Source: Nitrospirales bacterium (GTDB lineage: Bacteria; Nitrospirota; Nitrospiria; Nitrospirales; UBA8639). From it: a stretch of DNA of 64,000 bases. Location: positions 576,001-640,000 of the forward strand of contig CBDBCZ010000011.1 in NCBI GenBank assembly GCA_965203295.1. The letters are read 5' to 3'. The position numbers and the translations under genes were made by a program. The notes under the pieces were generated by a model. It searched no databases and was not told the origin of the DNA. It was given only the letters and a program-made list of their open reading frames with translations. This document shows positions 61,895 to 64,000 of the stretch, one piece after another. The first letter of the stretch is position 1. Each line of letters begins with the position of its first letter.

Positions 61895-62532
61895 CAAAAG
61901 TATGTATGCTATAGGAGAAAGTATAATGGCTTTCCCACGCACTCTACAGACTTCACATAACAAGGATTTCATACTGAAGGTCATACCATGCAGTACTCAT
62001 ATAGGCAAATGGCAATTCAGTTTGAAATACACATCACTGCTAATTTAGAGCTTGTGCAATTACTCCACCAGTAGGAGTGAAATTTGCCCAAGTATGTTGC
62101 CACAAGTATGTCAGCTATAGGAGAATGTCTGCTATAGGAGAAAGTATAACAGCTTTCCCATGCACGCTACAGACTTCACATAACAAGGATTTCATACTGA
62201 AGGTCATACCATGCAGTACTCATATAGGCAAATGGCAATTCAGTTTGAAATACACATCACTGCTAATTTAGAGCTTGTGCAATTACTCCACCAGTAGGAG
62301 TGAAATTTGCCAAAGTATGTTGCCAAAAGTATGTCTGCTATAGGAGAAAGTATAACAGCTTTCCCATGCACTCTACAGACTTCACATAACAAGGATTTCA
62401 TACTGAAGGTCATACCATGCAGTACTCATAATTTATACATAATTGGCAATTCAATTTGAAGTACATATCACTGCTACATGTATGGTAGTCAATTTGGGAC
62501 TCACAATTACTCTACAAGTAGGAGTGGAATAT
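61895..62532. repeat. Tandem repeat, ~207-222-bp unit, x3
   Basis: ataggagaaagtataa..gctttccca..ctacagacttcacataacaaggatttcatactgaagg at ~61911, 62133 and 62340. Confidence 0.9.
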
Positions 62533-64000
62533 TCAAAACTTGGTTAGGGGCAAACTATAATTATGTACATGCATACTAAGGCTACATTCACAGGAATAGG
62601 ATTGGGCTTATGAACCCAGAACTTGTATGTAGCTTGAACTACAGTGTACATGTATTTTCCAATTGAGCATACCTGCATAAAGCCTGCAGCTAGCTTATAT
62701 TATGTGTGCATGTACAGTAGTTCCCCAGAGTGTGTACTGAGCCATGACGAAGGATACATGTACATCACTGCAGCCATGCAAAATGCTGGCAGTGATGAAG
62801 AGTATTTCAGGCTTGAATTTAAGACACTCCAGAGTGAGTATAAATTGTGTGTGGGTGTGTTTATTTGTGTTAGCCGTATCAGTATCCACTGCATACAGGA
62901 GAAATTAATTGAATTTTAACTCTATGTTAAAGATACTGAGTAAGGGCTGTGTAATGTGTACTCATAAAGTTCCAAGGCCCACGCACATGCTTAATATTGG
63001 CTATTGTGGGCCTTCTGATGCACGGTGGAAGGGTAGTAAATTATATGGGCAAGGAGAGTTGCAGTTCAAAGGCGACGAAAGTGATTTATACCTTCCAACT
63101 ACATCTTGTTTGTATACACACAATTAATGGCTACTTAAGTGCTTGGCTACGACAGCCATCGGCTAATCGTGTCTGAGCAACCCATAAACACGAGCACCTC
63201 GCCAGCCCAGGCAACAACCAGGTGGTGCCCTTGAGTAGAATTGGCACAAAGAGCTTGAAAGCTTCCTACAATCATCCAAGTTAGGACAATACCAGTAACT
63301 GCATTAATTAATGGAAGGCCACAAAGCCATAGGATTTGACTGGGATACTGCACACAAACTCAAGCACCCACTATTCTGTGCTTATGATTAGCCTTGCCCC
63401 TGCCAATTTGTTTGTCCCCCCCTTTCCTCTCCCCCCCCCCCCCCCTGATGTGCTGGCAATGGAGACTGGGAAGGAGGCGATCATTACTCGTTGTATACAC
63501 GTACATGTACATACATGTACATACATGTAGGCTTAAAAATCGATTGCTTTCTCCAGTACACAGTGGATGTCAATACGGCAAACACAAATAAACATATACA
63601 CAAACACACCTATATAATAATACATACACAACATTCATTCCCTGCCCACTCAACCTGCCCCCTGGCACTACGAAAGCCCGGTTTATTTTCTCAACATCTA
63701 ACATAAAAACTCCCTATAAATCCATATGGGCCTTAAGGAAGCAGGACTCCACTGATGAGGGGGTCAAACCAAATGAGGAGAGCCTGGACTGGTGGCAGCT
63801 GACACTCTCATTTGGTGTGGGAGCTGGATTACACGGCAATCCACCTCATGTCCAGGATGTGGCTAACACTTACACCAGTTTCAGGATGGAATTACACTTG
63901 TCCAGTATAATAAAATGGCATTCATTGCCAGTTTAAGTGCCTGTGTAAATGGGCTGTAACTTGCTTTACCTACAGCTAGCTACCCACTCAGTTGGACGAA

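Noticed and set aside
63745..63790. CTGATGAG as a hammerhead core
   Set aside because: No following stem-GAAA or closing helices.

Overview
Intron-rich eukaryotic DNA from an invertebrate animal. The gene families and repeats best fit a demosponge, but that is an inference. Contents from left to right: (1) a short-chain (spongin/C4-like) collagen gene on the - strand that the ORF track misses, apparently nested in an intron of (2) a RanBP2/Nup358 gene on the + strand (13 exons visible, 6.9-kb last exon with 5 Ran-binding domains, 6 RanBP2-type zinc fingers and 2 SUMO-E3 IR-like modules, no cyclophilin); (3) a TTAA-flanked non-autonomous DNA transposon; (4) an intact tyrosine-recombinase retrotransposon (Ngaro/DIRS type: gag, RT-RNaseH, YR) in which one leader exon appears able to splice in frame to either gag or pol; (5) the main finding, a three-exon chimeric gene (~1703 aa) fusing an intact TKL-type protein kinase to a scrambled, internally amplified, frame-preserving mosaic of the neighbouring RanBP2 (5 ZnF, then [RanBD-ZnF-RanBD]x2, then ZnF); (6) a 14-exon SH3-DH-PH RhoGEF of the ARHGEF4/ARHGEF9/SPATA13 family on the - strand, whose 16.6-kb intron hosts (7) an intronless TRAF gene. 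There are also many MITEs, hairpins, minisatellites and microsatellites. All exon structures were built by hand from GT/AG signals and frame continuity; no database searches were run.
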